Below, piece after piece: positions 26,988 to 42,130 of a stretch of DNA of 64,000 bases. The stretch covers positions 173,228,001 to 173,292,000 of the forward strand of contig NC_042999.1 in NCBI RefSeq assembly GCF_006345805.1. Direction: 5' to 3'. Within the stretch, counting starts at the first letter, position 1. The number at the start of each line of letters is the position of its first letter. A program made the position numbers and the translations under genes. The notes under the pieces were generated by a model. The model was not told the DNA's origin. It did no database searches and was given only the letters and a program-made list of their open reading frames with translations. The stretch is from Octopus sinensis (Eukaryota).

Positions 26988-29175
26988 TCGCACACACGCA
27001 TTTACATTTTACACACTCTCACATGAACGTATGCATACTTTAGTGTGCGTATTTATGCATCGATATACATGTGTGTGGGGGAGGTGTTTGTGTGTGTGTG
27101 TGCATGTGTGTGTGTGTGAATGTGTGTGTGTGTGTGTGCGTGTGTGTTTTTTATTGCAATGACATAATCTGAGATACTCCGGTAAACAAACACTGACTAG
27201 CTCTTAACCCCATATATACACAAATACACTCCCAAATGTTCTGCCACACATACGCGCACATTCTCTCGCACACATACGCTCATAATAACACATACACACA
27301 CATCGAAACGATTCATTGATGAAATGATAGATTATATTTTTTTTCCAATAAGGAAATCGTTTTGATTTACATTCTATCTATCATCTAGAATGTTGGGTGT
27401 ATATTCATTTGGTTTCAAATAGGTCCATAGAAATTATCAAACAGCATTTAAAAGGAATATATTCGTTTGTTTCTAACTGAGAGATCGAAGCAATCGAGAT
27501 ACATATAAATATATATATATATATATGTATAAGTATAAATACGCTCTCCATATAAATGGGCTCCACATTCGATTATGAATTAAATATTGATTTTATCAAA
27601 AGTTCAACGATGCTTAAATATATATTTCGAATCAATAATTGAATGAAACTGTAATTTGTGATTGTTTTATTTTTGCTCTTTGCTTCTGTGTGTGGTGGGG
27701 GTTGTTTTTTAGGTTTTTGTTTTATACATTTCTTTAGAAGTGTTTCGACACGACTGAAAAAGATTAATGGAGAAAATATAGCCTGCTATACCATGCAGAG
27801 GAAGAACACAGGGTATTGTATTCTAGTTATGGCTTATTATCACCAAAATTCAAAAGTGAAATAGCTATATATCAATTTTTGTTCTGTTATATGGGTATAG
27901 ATATCAGTTTATGAACAAAAATAAACGAAAGTTTGAGAGACAAAAAATATATCCTACAAACATCAATAAATATACAAATACATAATATATAAATAAATAA
28001 AAATTTGCAGGTGGCAGCAAGAATTTTTGGAATATTATTAAATAGCTGAAACATATTCGAGCTTAAACGGCATATTAGATGTAGAAACGTTGTTGTTTTT
28101 TTCCTGTTAATTTTTTTAACGTATTAAACTGTAGAGCCAGAAAGCTTTTGTCGTCTCCTTGACATAGAACGTTTCAGATTGATGGTGTATATAATTTTCA
28201 GAGCAACGCTGAAAAAAAATAGAAAACAGATTTGAACGAAGCACTGCATTTTCAAGAAACAGCCACGGAGTTTACAGGGATATTGGAGGTTAGTTTTTTT
28301 GCACAACGATGCTCATATTTGCAGCTAAGTAAACTGAGCTGATGAAACTCCCATTTCGGTTATATTTTAGCTCGACACAATGTAAATGCATATTAAAATA
28401 GGACTTCTTGAAATTGCCCGCTTTTTGAACCATATTGTCCTCATAATATTGATATGGTAACGAGATTACTTACCATATCTTTCTTTGAGCTATTTTGAAG
28501 GACAGACATACAAAGTAACATATAAAAACCACTATTGCCCACGATTTTCTTGACCTGAGTTGTACGGTTGTGTTCGTTATATAGTCTCTGTAGCACGGAA
28601 TATCTATATAGATGGAAAGTCTCGGCGAGGGAAAATGCATTACTTCAATGCCTTGTCTTGTACATATGAACGCATTAGGGTGTAACATACAAAATATGGC
28701 AAGATAAAAGAAAGAAAATAAGCTCAGCTGGATTATCCAAATTAATAAGTGACAAGCATTCTCTCCAGAGATGTTTAAAATCCAACAAAATAACAAGCGA
28801 GTGTTATAGTTATAAACAATATACAATATAAGTGGTATAGTTATATCCAATATAGCCAATTTATCGAATTTTTTCCCAATATAGGCAACGTCGTTGGAAG
28901 TGGATGTATCAGTCACAATCGATAATACACAATGAAAATTATTCTCATAAAACAAAGTGATCGAAAATATATCTCCCTTTCTTTTCGCGCTTCTATTTTA
29001 AACACATCAATAGGGAAATTATGCCTAATATTTGCATCCCTATTTTAGTTCATTTTCATTTTTCATTTTCATATATCAAATATAAGAGACTTTAATCTAT
29101 ATGTATTTGATATGCAGAAATCTCTGAGCTACTGTCGTTCATATTCTTAATTGGCGCCACTACATCCCCAATAAA

Positions 29176-29225
<50 letters not shown>

Positions 29226-32200
29226 GACTGTGTATACATATATACACATGTATATACATATACATGTGTGTGTAAGTGGGCATGTATATTAACGTGTGTG
29301 TGTACATGTGGACACACTTATGCATGGATAAGGATAGATAGATAAAGACAGACAGACAGACAGACAGAGGAAGAGCACTCTATGCATTGCCGACTGCACA
29401 GAATATGCTTCACAGTGGATCTTGAACAGTACCGAAATATATTTTCCAATGTTCTTTATCTTTTCTTTTAAATTGTAAGGTCACTTACAGGAAGTTTTGT
29501 CTTCAATTTGCTTGCGAAATCCCAGCTGATTGGATATTTTTCAGATCATTATCATCATGTAGTCGAGCTTGCTTGAAAAAGATCAATATATCACTTTTGA
29601 AATAACTTGTTTTTCTTTATTAGCAATAAACATAACAGGGGAAATTCATATTCAGAAAGGTAATCTACCAATATATTTGTCAAAGAAGAGGATCTGTCAT
29701 ATTGATGTTCATTTTCAGAATATCTGATTCCACACATTGTATGAAACACGTCTCAACGAGAGAAATGATAAGTCGTCGCCTGACAGGCGAGAAATTGGAG
29801 TCAAATCTTCTTCTAATCATAATTGTCCATTTTAAATCGGAGAGTCACACATGAAACACTATAATAATAGCCATTACAAGCGATGTTAGTCAGAGCTAAT
29901 TATGTGTTGATTAACGGTTTAGTGCTACTTTATCAGGGCTCACGGGAGGCTAAACAGTAGCAACAAATAAATTGATGCATCGACATATATGATACCATTT
30001 CGCATTGGAAACCTACAGAAACATGATACGAACCAATCACTCTTCCACTGTTAGACAACTTTCCTAAGCTATTAGATTGCACGCAAACCAAATTATTCAA
30101 TACTATTCAAAAGATACCTTTATCAATCTCTTGTGAAAGTGTTTACTTTTTGAAATTTTTCACATTGATCATCTCTACCTCACAAATAACTGTTAAATGG
30201 TTTCTTTTAGTAGATTTGTATAGATTATAGTGAAATATAATCTATTATCATTTGGCTGGCGTGGCACCTTATTTGAAATTTATTCACGAGGTAAAGTGAT
30301 TGATATTAAGCAGTCTCAGAGCTTAAGCAAATAAAGCATTTATATGCTGCATTATATTACTTCGAAAGTTTCTATGTACAGGAATTCTTTAAATAAGAAG
30401 CTATGAATAGTGATATCATAGACTAGAAGCAAAAAGAGACGAAGTATAATAATCTCTCCTTAGTACATTTATATATATTTATGTTTTCAATGTTGTATAT
30501 TTAATTATATATTATTTTCAATGTTATATATTCAATGTCCATCTTGTGTCCATGGCGCACAATGAGAGCTAAACTTTCAATTGAATGCGGAGAATAATGT
30601 TTGCACCAACTTTTAGATAAATGTGTTGGCAGCTAAATCAATAAGAATAACTATTAAATATCTCAGTACTTAAGTATACATCACTAACACGCTAAAACAT
30701 AAGAACTATATGGTATAAGTTTTTCAAAATAGATAGCGACATTTAAAGAATTCTCTATAACCAAAAGAGTGGTGGGTTTTATTCTACATGTGTAAGTAAA
30801 GCACCTTACAATTCAGATGATTTCTCAAGCTAAAGTCACAAATATCTATTTGATTTCCTTGTCATTAATCTCTACCAGTCTCGATCTTCTACTTGCTGCT
30901 GCCCCTGATGCCATACTTGTCCTTTTATCTACAAACACACAAATCTACTAATCTGAAATAATGTATATCTGTCCTTCTTTCGCGATTATTCCCATTACAC
31001 TAGTACTCACACCCTGCAGAAATTACACCGCAGATTAGTAACGATTTCCACCGAAATTATGCCTGTAGCACGACAAAATTACATAGTTACATAGTTGCAT
31101 TTTATTGTTGCAGATGAGTATGTTATCTCGTTCTAAGCAAAATGTGAACCACTGTAGGTGACTTCAAGAAAATTTTAGTCCTAACATGCCCTGAACAACG
31201 GTAATAGCGAGAAATGCCTGTACCGGACAACTAGCTTCATTCTCACATCCCTGAATCACTGGACTTGACGGTAAGTTAACCTAAACGACTGAAGATATAA
31301 GGAAAAGAAGTGACGACCAGTGTAATGTACGTATTTCACCCTACTCTAAGATGGATACCGCCTTCTGTCCTTTGAATCTTGAATCTGGGGTTTCTTCACA
31401 CAAGCGCCCGAAAATTCAGTCCTTGCATACACTTTAAACATCTATACATGCACGATATAGAAGGATAACCACCTCTTCTTAATTTATCAGCTCTTTGACG
31501 CGTATTCTTTTCATCCTGTGGAGTGTCAAAAAGTCACCCACCACACTAAGTAGACATACTGAAATGACTGGCGTAGTCAACCACAGCAGCACTTTACAAC
31601 ATGTAGTGGGTTACATGTTTCTGGTATTGCTCACAGGTGAACTTGAACAAAGCTTCAAATACTACACTTAATGTAATCGACTTTTGGTTCACCCAAGAAT
31701 ACTGTTTAGCATTGAAACTTTGCATGCTCTTCTTTAAAGACGATACAGTTGGCGTTTAGATTAAGATTTCCGATATTTCTCAGAGGTCCATAACGTTGCT
31801 TATAGTGTTTCTAAGCATGTCACCATGCCCTTCAACTTACACAGTCACACCATTCCACTAACTGACTTTGAATCTGGAGTGCTATCGTCAGTCTGAGTTA
31901 CCCATACAAGGGGAAATATTTGTTCATGTTCACCCTCCTTCCCGTAACTTCCAGTACCAACCTACAACGCAAACTGTTCCCTTTAACAAGATGTTCTTGG
32001 GTCTATTTTGCATGCATGCATATGTCTGATTAACTCTGGCCCGTATACTACAGTTAAATTGGCAAAGAGAATGTTTTCGGTCTTTTTTATGTCTGTTGAC
32101 AAACGTTATTCTCCATTCAGAAATAACAAGAGAAAAATTATAACAAAATGGAATATTGTGTGTTAAAAGATGTTTTACATTATTTTGCTACAATCAAATG

Positions 32201-34248
32201 TTGAACACCCTTATGTTTCTTTACAAATAACAAATTGATACATGAAACAGTGGTAACACATCCCTAACATTGTTGACAAGGTTCAAAAGCATCACAGTTG
32301 TCCATTAACTACTCTTTACTCCTAACTAAAGAATCATTAATTTTTACCTCGAAGAGATTTCGAGTTGGAAATGTAAATATGTTTCGACAGCAAACACATC
32401 ATTAAATATAAACAGTAAATCCATTTTATATAATTTCAGATAATTTTATCGTAATTAGGTATCCAGTTAACAACTGAGGTCTAACAAATATTATGCACAA
32501 TGAAGCCGTACTTTAGAATTAGAAAAAAATATCAAAACTGAATGTGCAGGACAACTGAAAACGTTTATCCTGAGGGAGATTGAAGACCAAAAATGAATTA
32601 ATTGGAATTTTGTTTATCATGTGTGATGATCCAATACAGAAATTATCTGCAGGAATCCCGTATATAGTATAAGGTGATGGCGCAATAGAAGCAAATAATT
32701 ATTAGTTACTGTAAGATAATATCGCAACAATTTGCCTCAGGAAGTTTATATGCTGTTATATTCTAACACATGCAGTTAAATGCCTGTAGTTAAATGTAAT
32801 ATCTCTCCATTTTAGTATGATATTATGAAATCATCCCAAATTACAAAATAATTATACTAAATATTCTACTCAACATGTGGTGCTAAATTCGAAACAATGC
32901 TATTCTGCAAATATACAAAGGGACGCTAACTTCATATATTTCTCTTCACCATATTAATTCGGTAATAAAGTCTATTCTACAAAACCCATATAACGGAAGC
33001 TTAATATACTATGAGTGGCAGATTCAATAAGATGTCGAAGTTACATCCATTTACATTTCGCTTTCATATAATGTTAAAGGTTAACTATGTCTTATTTTAC
33101 CGAATTTGATGTAGCTAAAAGTGTCGCATTGGCCCACTGTTAAGAATAGATATTAATGTTTCATGATGTTGTCGATATGTGCTTATTACATCATGGACTA
33201 CATATCTTTTCGGTGATATATTTTTCTTGCTGGAATCAGGAAAAATAAAGCAATGCCTCAGCAAATATACAAATCCTAATATTTTCATTATGTACTTTCT
33301 TTTCAATGTCACTTTATTAGTAAGGATTTCCATCCGTTCCTTTGAAATAATACGGATGAAATGATTGAAATATTTGTTCCCCTAATAGCATCATTCTTTA
33401 CAAGATTCAATGAAATTTCAATATTAAGTTGATCGCCTTGGAACAATACTATATACAAAATATAGAATATATATGAAATGATTCCTTGTCGTATTGGTAT
33501 ACAAGGATGAGTTGTTGTTTACAGTTGAATGAAATAATTTTTTGCATTGCATCACTATTATTAATCCTTTCATACTTGGATGAACTGGTGTTAGATTCAA
33601 GATTATAACAAAGCTATACGAGAAACTGAAGCAATTTTAATTCCCTTAAGCATACAATGCAACCAATGGATCTGTAATCGATGCAAGATAGCATTCCAGA
33701 CCCTCCTAAAATAGAAGGCTGTCCTATAGAAATGTGTGTGTGTTTGCATATGTGCGTGCGTACGTGTATTATCAACCAATCACACCCCTCATAGGAAGAG
33801 GTAGGTTTCACAAGACATTCCACGTTCCTCCGGCTTGTGCTATGTTCATGGAATCAGCCGGGGTCTTGTTTCCAGTCGATTCCTTGATGTTATAAATTCA
33901 CAGACGTCTTCAACGACTTTTTATATTTTTCTTTCCACAACGATTGTTATGATGGTTTTGGTCAGTGACTCGTGACGTATTTTATGTCCGAAATATGGTG
34001 GCTTTTAGGACTTTATTCTCGATAAGACGGGTTTTTTTTCCTTCGTGGAGGGATATTTCAACTTTTCTAATACTGGACCGTTATATATCATGTCTTCCCT
34101 ACGTATTCGGCACAATTGTAAGGACAGGCAATCATGCACAGCAATGCATATGTGCGTGTTTGTCTGTGAATCTGTGTCTGTGTGTTCCGGCGCGCTCGCA
34201 TGTGTATGCGTGTGTGTATCTGTGTGTGTGCGTAGGTATATATATATG

Positions 34249-34398
<150 letters not shown>

Positions 34399-34472
34399 TA
34401 TATGTATGTATGTATGAATTTACCAATGTACTTATATTTGCATACATATATGCAGACATTCATATTCATACG

Positions 34473-34506
<34 letters not shown>

Positions 34507-35073
34507 ATTACAAAATGCACGTATACATATGTATATTCTTTGTGTTTCAAGGTGTCTGTACTATATATGTTGCTTATTTTGATATTTATAAGTACTCATA
34601 CAGCCACCATGTTGATAGAATTTCCGTGGACACTTTCGCTTCGATTCCCGTCAGTTATTTGTATTATTAATGAAATACTTTTAGGGTTTGGGTTCCACAG
34701 TACCTCCGCTGTATTCCGTAGAAGAATGAGTTCTCAAAATCAGATTTAACCCTTTCCACTACCCGGGCGTCTAACTTATGTTTTTCCCTGCACCGTTACC
34801 ACATATTTTTACATACAATGAGAATGTTTGCGAGTTAATGTACGTGTTTTTATAATTAGTACTCCTCCTGAGTATTGTTGAAAATCTTTGTGCTCCTTTA
34901 CGTTGAATTTACTACAGATATTCTTCAATATTTCTCCAAACACCTTAGACACTTCAAATTTCACATGCGAATCACATCTTAACGCTACAAAGAGAAAGCG
35001 TCATGCTTAATTTACCATCGTTATGTTAGTTGGTTAGAAGCAGCAAGGTTAAAGGCAGAGTTGGCTGCTATTA

Positions 35074-36086
35074 TTAGGTCGTCAAGTATGAAATTTGTTG
35101 TAAGGTATATGATAAACTTTGACAGCTGCTCATTTTGCGCCATTATTATATTTTGACAGTCTTTATTTTTTGTTAGAAAGCTGACACATCTATTGCTCTA
35201 TTCTAACACATCTTGTGCTTTATAAAGTATTTATAAATCGTTTTTTGCTATTTTTGTTTAGAGATACGTAAGTCGAAAATTCGTACATTTTTAAAATATA
35301 AGTTTTTTCTTGGAAATACAGCATCACAGACAGCTTAGAGTATTTCATTCTAATGTTATTACACAGCAGACAGTATCAAATTCGTTTGCAAAATTTCATT
35401 CTGGTAACTTTGGCCTCGCAAATGAGAAAAGCGGTCGACCAGAAATAAAGCTACCATCGAGTCAGATCCATCTCAAAGTGCCCGTGAATTATCGTTGCTG
35501 TTTGGTGTTAGCAAGCAAATAATATTGAATAACCTAGTTCAAGTTGGTAAAGTGGAAAATTTAGGTAATTTTTATTGAACTCAATAAAAATCAGGAGCAG
35601 CAAAGTTTGGAAGCCTGCATTGTGCTACTTCCAAACTTCTCGTCACAAAAATGAATGATATTTCAATTGAATTGTAATTAGTCAACAGATCCACTCCTAT
35701 TTTATTGCAAGGCAACGCCAGACCACACATCGCAAAAATGACATTGGCGAAACTACAGGATTTGGAGTTGGAAGTTCTCCATCATCCACCATACTCACCT
35801 GAACTTGCCCCCATCTGACTACCAATTCTTCCAGAATTTGGATAACTTTTTGATAGGGAAAAAATTAAAATTCCAACGATGCTATCAAACAGGCCTTATA
35901 AGATTTTATTGACTCTAGATTGCCAGGCTTTTACTGTTCCGGGCTGGACGAGCTACCGCTGAAAGGGCAAAAGTATATTGATAATATGGGTGCATACTTT
36001 GATAAATAAAACTATTCCTTGAATTTATAAAACATTAGAAAACTGGGTTTTTTTCTTTTCTATAAATGTCATACTTGACGACCTAA
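35074..36086 (+). mobile_element. Internally deleted mariner transposon
   Basis: TIRs ttaggtcgtcaagtatga (35074) and tcatacttgacgacctaa (ends 36086) with TA flanks. Translation gives KFHSGNFGLANEKSGRP, LLQGNARPH, HPPYSPELAP and SDYQFF, with stops and frameshifts. Confidence 0.92.
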
Positions 36087-39000
36087 TAATTTGCTTTTTA
36101 AGACAAGACAAACGAATTATATATATATGGATGTGTTTTAAACTCAATCACACTTGTTTCAGCAGCAATTGGAATTCTCATAATTTTTTTATTTATTCTT
36201 ATTGTCGTGTTCATGCTCAATATATGTGTTTTCAAAGAAAACGTAATTAATGAATAATGCAAAAAGAAAATTAGTTAAATAATAAAAAAAACATTCTATG
36301 TTTAGGAGCAATATGTTGCAACATTCACCATTTGTTAAACATTCACTTTTATTTATTTTATCTAAGTGTAAGATTATTTCCTTCAGGAAAAAGACAGTTT
36401 AGTTTATTTCTCCCTACCTCTAACCCGTTCAGCAATTTCATATATAATAAACAAAGTAAATTCCACTAAAATAACCATAAAGGGGTCTCGTAAAAACATT
36501 ATTTCCGGAGCTAAAGTTTTATTTCATAACCTTATTTTCATGCATTTCTTACTTATAAAGTTCTCCTAATTTTCACTTGGTCACTGGATATCGGTACAAG
36601 CCAGAATGTCTCTTATTAAGTGACAATGATATGTCGTCACTTTTATATCCGATAATCAGACTTTTTCCGATAGTTTTATTTCCGTCTGACAAGTTAATTT
36701 CACTAATATTATTTCCGCGAGTACAGTGAACTTCCGTCAGATAAATTTTCCGGAAGTTATGGTTCTTCAACGAAAACTGTCTGCAGCTATTTGTAGTTAT
36801 TCCGAAAGAAAACAAGTCATCATTCCAGCAATCGATTACTTTGTGTGTATTGAAAATAATCTACTCTGAGGAATGTTTTATATCTTATGTTTCCTATTTG
36901 GTTTCAGCTTACTAAACTTTTAGAAGAGAAAGTTTGTTACGAAGAAACTAACATGATACTTAGCAGACAACTACCTTTTCCTGTCGGGCGAAAATGCTTC
37001 AGTTCTCTAAAGACAGTATGGCGCTGCTTACTGGGTTGTTTATACTAGCAATTATATAGTCTAAAGCAGGATGATGTTCAATCGATCCAACAGAAATATA
37101 AGAATATTCTCTAGTATGAGACTTACGTTTTCTGTCAATCAGTATAAGAAGTCGAAATATTGCTTTTGAGGGACGGAGGACATAATATTAGCTTTAAGCA
37201 AGTTCGAATGTCAAAACTCCTGAATTTCGCTTCACTTACTAATTCGAAATACATTGTGTCAAAATCTAAAAGCAAGCATGGAAACATCCTGAAGAAACTG
37301 GTGATGGTTTATGTCGGTAGCAATGAGTTCATGCTCGATGAAGTCATTTGCTGTGGAATGTGAAGAAACTTATGATTCAGGATTTAGCATTTTGCTTAAG
37401 AATATCCGTTACGGAGGTACGAAGATAGCAAATTTTGCATTTCTAAGCAGAAACGGCTCGCTTACCTTGTCGGGATGTTAGGTTTCAGTGTTGAGTTGAA
37501 TACCTGCCGAAGTGTATATACTTCACGCGAATGCCTTGTAATGGCTGCACTTTATATTATTAGATACACAAAAAAGAGAATACACAACAATATGTGGATC
37601 TATTCTGATAATTTTTCACGGCATTGCATGAAGACAGTGACAGTTCTTGCATATTATATCATACATTGTTGTCTCATCGCAAGTTCTGTAAATATCTAGA
37701 CGACGGTTACATCTGCTGCTGTATGAAATACAGAAACATAATGCAGGCAAATGGTCAAACATGAGCCCTTGTACTTTACAAATGATAGAGATACACCGTC
37801 ATTACTGTAATTTAATTGTTCCTACCAAAGATTGCAATTGTGTGAAACGTGATTTGTGGGATAAATTGTCAGTTCCTACAAAACCATATACATATACATG
37901 TGTGTGCGCACGCGTATGTGTGTGTGTGTCTGTGCATGAGTGAATTTAAAATTTTACATACAATGTTTCAAGAAACAATTATATATTATATTTTATAAAT
38001 AGAAACAAACTTCAAGCTGAAGCGTACAATAACTGAATTATATTCTATGTCATTTGAAATGGCATATTAACTGTCTCAATATATGATTTTCAAACATATC
38101 CTCATGAGAAATGTGTGCCTGCGTGCACGTCATGTGTTGGTGAGAAAAAGAGAAAGCGTTAGAGTGTGACATATTGAGAAGTGGTGAACTTACCACTATA
38201 TAACATCTATCAGCCTTTCACCATTTCTCTTTTCAACCTTCTGTTCTTTACGCTGTAACAACCTCGGATGCGGGATTTGCTTCATGAATCACACAGAGTT
38301 TGTTTGATTTTTGTGAGCATTTTTGAAAAACATTTGTCGAGGAATGACGATTTTTTTTTAAAGAAAGACAGTTAAACATAGCACATTTTGTAGGAACTTT
38401 GATGTACAAATAGAAATGCATATAGCGAACTGAAGTTAGAAACATCGTTACCTTCTCTTCTACGCCCATAAAATATCGACTCCAACATACGCATGTTTCA
38501 AATAGAAAAAATAAATTAGTAGCATCGGTGAAGGTTCACCACATACTAACGGTCGAACTTGGAATACTTTGGCATGTTCAGAGTACGGACGAAGATTGTA
38601 AGGTAAGTCTTTTCTAAACTAAACTTATTTAACGAAGTTTGAAATCCCTACATATAGTAAGTAGTGAATATATACAGAACTATGAGCCAATTTTCTCTAA
38701 TCTGAGGCTAGGGGCTAGAGCGCGGCATCAGCCAGAAACGTCTCATGTGGATCGGATTTTCAGAAACTATTTTATCCGTGTAAATTCCACGGTTATTTTT
38801 AAAATTGTAAGAGAGAATTGCACATGTCTTTGAAGGATTTGATTTCTGAGCTAGCGTAAATATCCACGTAAGTTATATTGAATATGTAGTCACAGGAAGG
38901 GAATCTAGAACATATATTCTAACGTCTTCAACCTTGCAAATTATTATCTGTTATTTTTCATTTTAAGTCGGGAAGTAACAATAGAAAAAATGAAATATAT

Positions 39001-39560
39001 TATCTATACTATTATTTTGATACTGTAAGCCGGTAAAGTTTCAACAAATCTTAATACGATTATTTGAAAGAAAAAACAATAGGGTTGTTGAAGGTTTTCA
39101 GAGAACCAAGAAATGTATTATTTATTTTGAAATTGTTGTTTTTTCTATCTTGAGATGGTGTAAGGTTCACATAGGTTCAGCTCTAAGAGAAAACTATACC
39201 TGTTGCTACACACATCTCACCTCTTCTATCTTGAGAAGCGTATCTATTGTTTTTATCTTTATATGATATTACATATTCTTTTTATGAGTTCCTTTCCATA
39301 AACACACACACACACCCTCATCTTCTGATACTTTCTTGCATTCTCTCTTTCTCTTTGTGCCTCTCCTTTATACTATACGTATCCCCATGTGTTAACCACG
39401 TATCTTTCTCTCTTTCTCTCTCTCTCTTTCTCTCTCTGTCTCTCTACTCTTTCCATCAATTATTTAATCACAATAATAGAATATCCCTTTTCCTTAGCTT
39501 TCACTACTAAATTTTACATCTATCTATCTATCCATCTGTCTGTCTCACTTCGCTCTCTGT

Positions 39561-39612
<52 letters not shown>

Positions 39613-42130
39613 CATATGCACATATATATATTTGTCTGTCTGACTTTCTGTCAGTATGTCTACCTATCTATCATTTTATGGATCTCTTCTTTGCCAGTCC
39701 TTTAATGTAACTAAGTGCCGACGTCATATATTATCGTATTAATATATAGATTCTGTACACTTCAAATAGTTCGCACTTTGGGTTTTATATCAACATTAAT
39801 TTGATTGTAAATTGTTTATTGTGAAGACCAATTACGTATAGTAAATAAGATACATTTACAGTTCTCCCTATTAATACTATTTCCTCCGTGCTTGATTAAT
39901 TTTTATTGATAGTCACTCTGACCATCAGTCTGAGGTTAAAATCTTATAACGATACCGGTATAACTTGGTATTACTAATATGTAATAAGATTAAACTCATA
40001 TTCTTTAGGGTTACTTCTTTAAACCTAAACTAGAGTCCTATTGTTTAATAGATATATTTACATATTTAGTGTATCAATACTGGAATTGTTGTCATTTTCA
40101 TTCAAACCTCTACACATCATAAAAATTTACGTGTAAAACAATTAAAGATTTATTTATGTCAAATAAATGCTAAAAGAAAACTCTTTAAGATGAATAAGTA
40201 AAGAAAGCTCGCTGCAAAAAATTGTTTAAATTAGAAAAGTGTGATTTCATTTGACTGGTGCTTTCGATACCACAGCACAGAACCGTCTCGAAAGACTTGT
40301 ACTACTTGATATAGTAATAATTTTAAATTCCATTAGACATTCTAAAATTTCATTGAATTTAAAAAGGGTAAAATCATACAGAATCTATGGCATGACCTGA
40401 TGCATTGATAGGTTGGCATTTTTACTTCTCTTTAACAAATTCAGTTAAACATCAAGTGATAAGATAGTACAGAAGTGTTCTACCAAATAGAAGTTTGAGC
40501 GCAATGCTGCTAAGAAGTGTGAGAGTAAACGTTCAATTAATGATATCCGTTATTCTGAACCCCAAACGCCAACCAGAAGGGAATATTCAGCGAGCCGATA
40601 AATATTATGAGTAATTTTTTTAGTGATCATTTATACATAAATGGTTTCAGTTGAATATCAGTCAAACAGCATTGCCATAGCGTGAAACTATCGCAAGAAT
40701 AAGGACGAATAACCAGTCTCATCATCATTGAGTAATTACACGTAAATTGTGTGAAATATTGGTCATCCGTACGCAGAACATTGCAAGCGGGATTCTCTAC
40801 AGACGGAGGAAATTTTAAACATTTGAATGAAATATACTAAATTTTGATATGTTCATTAACATAAATTAACATACATAATAAGATTCACATTAAAGTTTTC
40901 TAATTTAATTTTTATAATGACAACCCACATGAACTGCTTTCACATTTTTCAATTCGTTTATTTTCCTTTTACATTGAAATTTTATATTTCTCAATCTCAT
41001 GGTAACTACATTGCATCTACGTGACATTCATTTAATTATTGAATGAAATACTGCATTTCTCCCGGGTAAGTAGTGAAATGTAGGACATACGTTATATTTC
41101 AGTAGCAAAGTAAGTAGTATCTTAATCATAATCTGTCAGTATTGAAGGAATTTAAATATATCATCTGACGAGAATACACCGAATACACATAGCGACGGAA
41201 TACATTTGACTGAATTGAGATTGTATATTTTGACACTACGTTAATTGCAACCGTTGGGGTCGTTGTAAATTTGATAAGAATTCTATATTTATATTAAACA
41301 TAAATTTGTAGCATTAATTCTGGCTATACCAGTCTTTATGGGTATAAAAGAAAGAACATTAAGTACAATTCATACAGAAGCTCTTTATAGGTGTATATAA
41401 ACAATCCGTATACACACTGTTGTATATTCAAGGTCCCTATATACATTAAATGTACGTAAACAAATACGTTTCAAGTGAAGCCTTTCAATTTTCATCTATT
41501 AAAGAAATTCTATGTAAACAAACCATAAAATGTAACCACACACACATACACATTCACATACCCCCTTACGTGATCATGTTATTAGATCTTGTAAAATAAT
41601 ACAGCGTCAAATTCAGTCACAGATGCAACACATATAGCATATAGCGCCCCACTAATAAACACGCTAGTTGAAGAACTGATATATACGCCAGTAATAATCC
41701 CGTAAAACAGAACACAACATATACACACTTAACTGTAAACTGCCAGAATATATTACGGTAAGACGAAAAATATAATCTACCTCCTCTGTTTGAAATCTAA
41801 GCACGCAAGCCACCGGATGCAATTCAAGAAACCAATGGAAAAGACAAAATTCCAGTGTATATATGAAAGTTGCAAACCTCATATCTCAAGCTGTTACATG
41901 GGACGCAAAGTTCAACATAAGTTCAACTGACCAAGTGTTTACAACAAGGAGCCCGTGCAGTATAATTGGTCAAGCAAGTTTAGTGCTTGACTCAACAAAA
42001 TGTTGAATCAAGCTCAAAGTGCCTTGTCTATAATTTTGTAACCTCGCTGCGGATTAGAAAAATCCATTTTTTCAGGATTTTTTAAAAACTTCCCATTAAC
42101 TTTCTTAAACTTAGTTAAAATTTTCATATA

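Noticed and set aside
31340-32000. Slightly GC-richer tract resembling a very old LINE endonuclease region
   Set aside because: No convincing conserved motif in any frame by manual translation.
38520-38610. Possible exon ending in AAG|GTAAGT
   Set aside because: No polypyrimidine acceptor, and the short peptide is unrecognised; cannot be supported without RNA data.
41164-41195. CTGACGAG...CGAAT
   Set aside because: GAAT instead of GAAA, only one possible stem II pair and no stem I.
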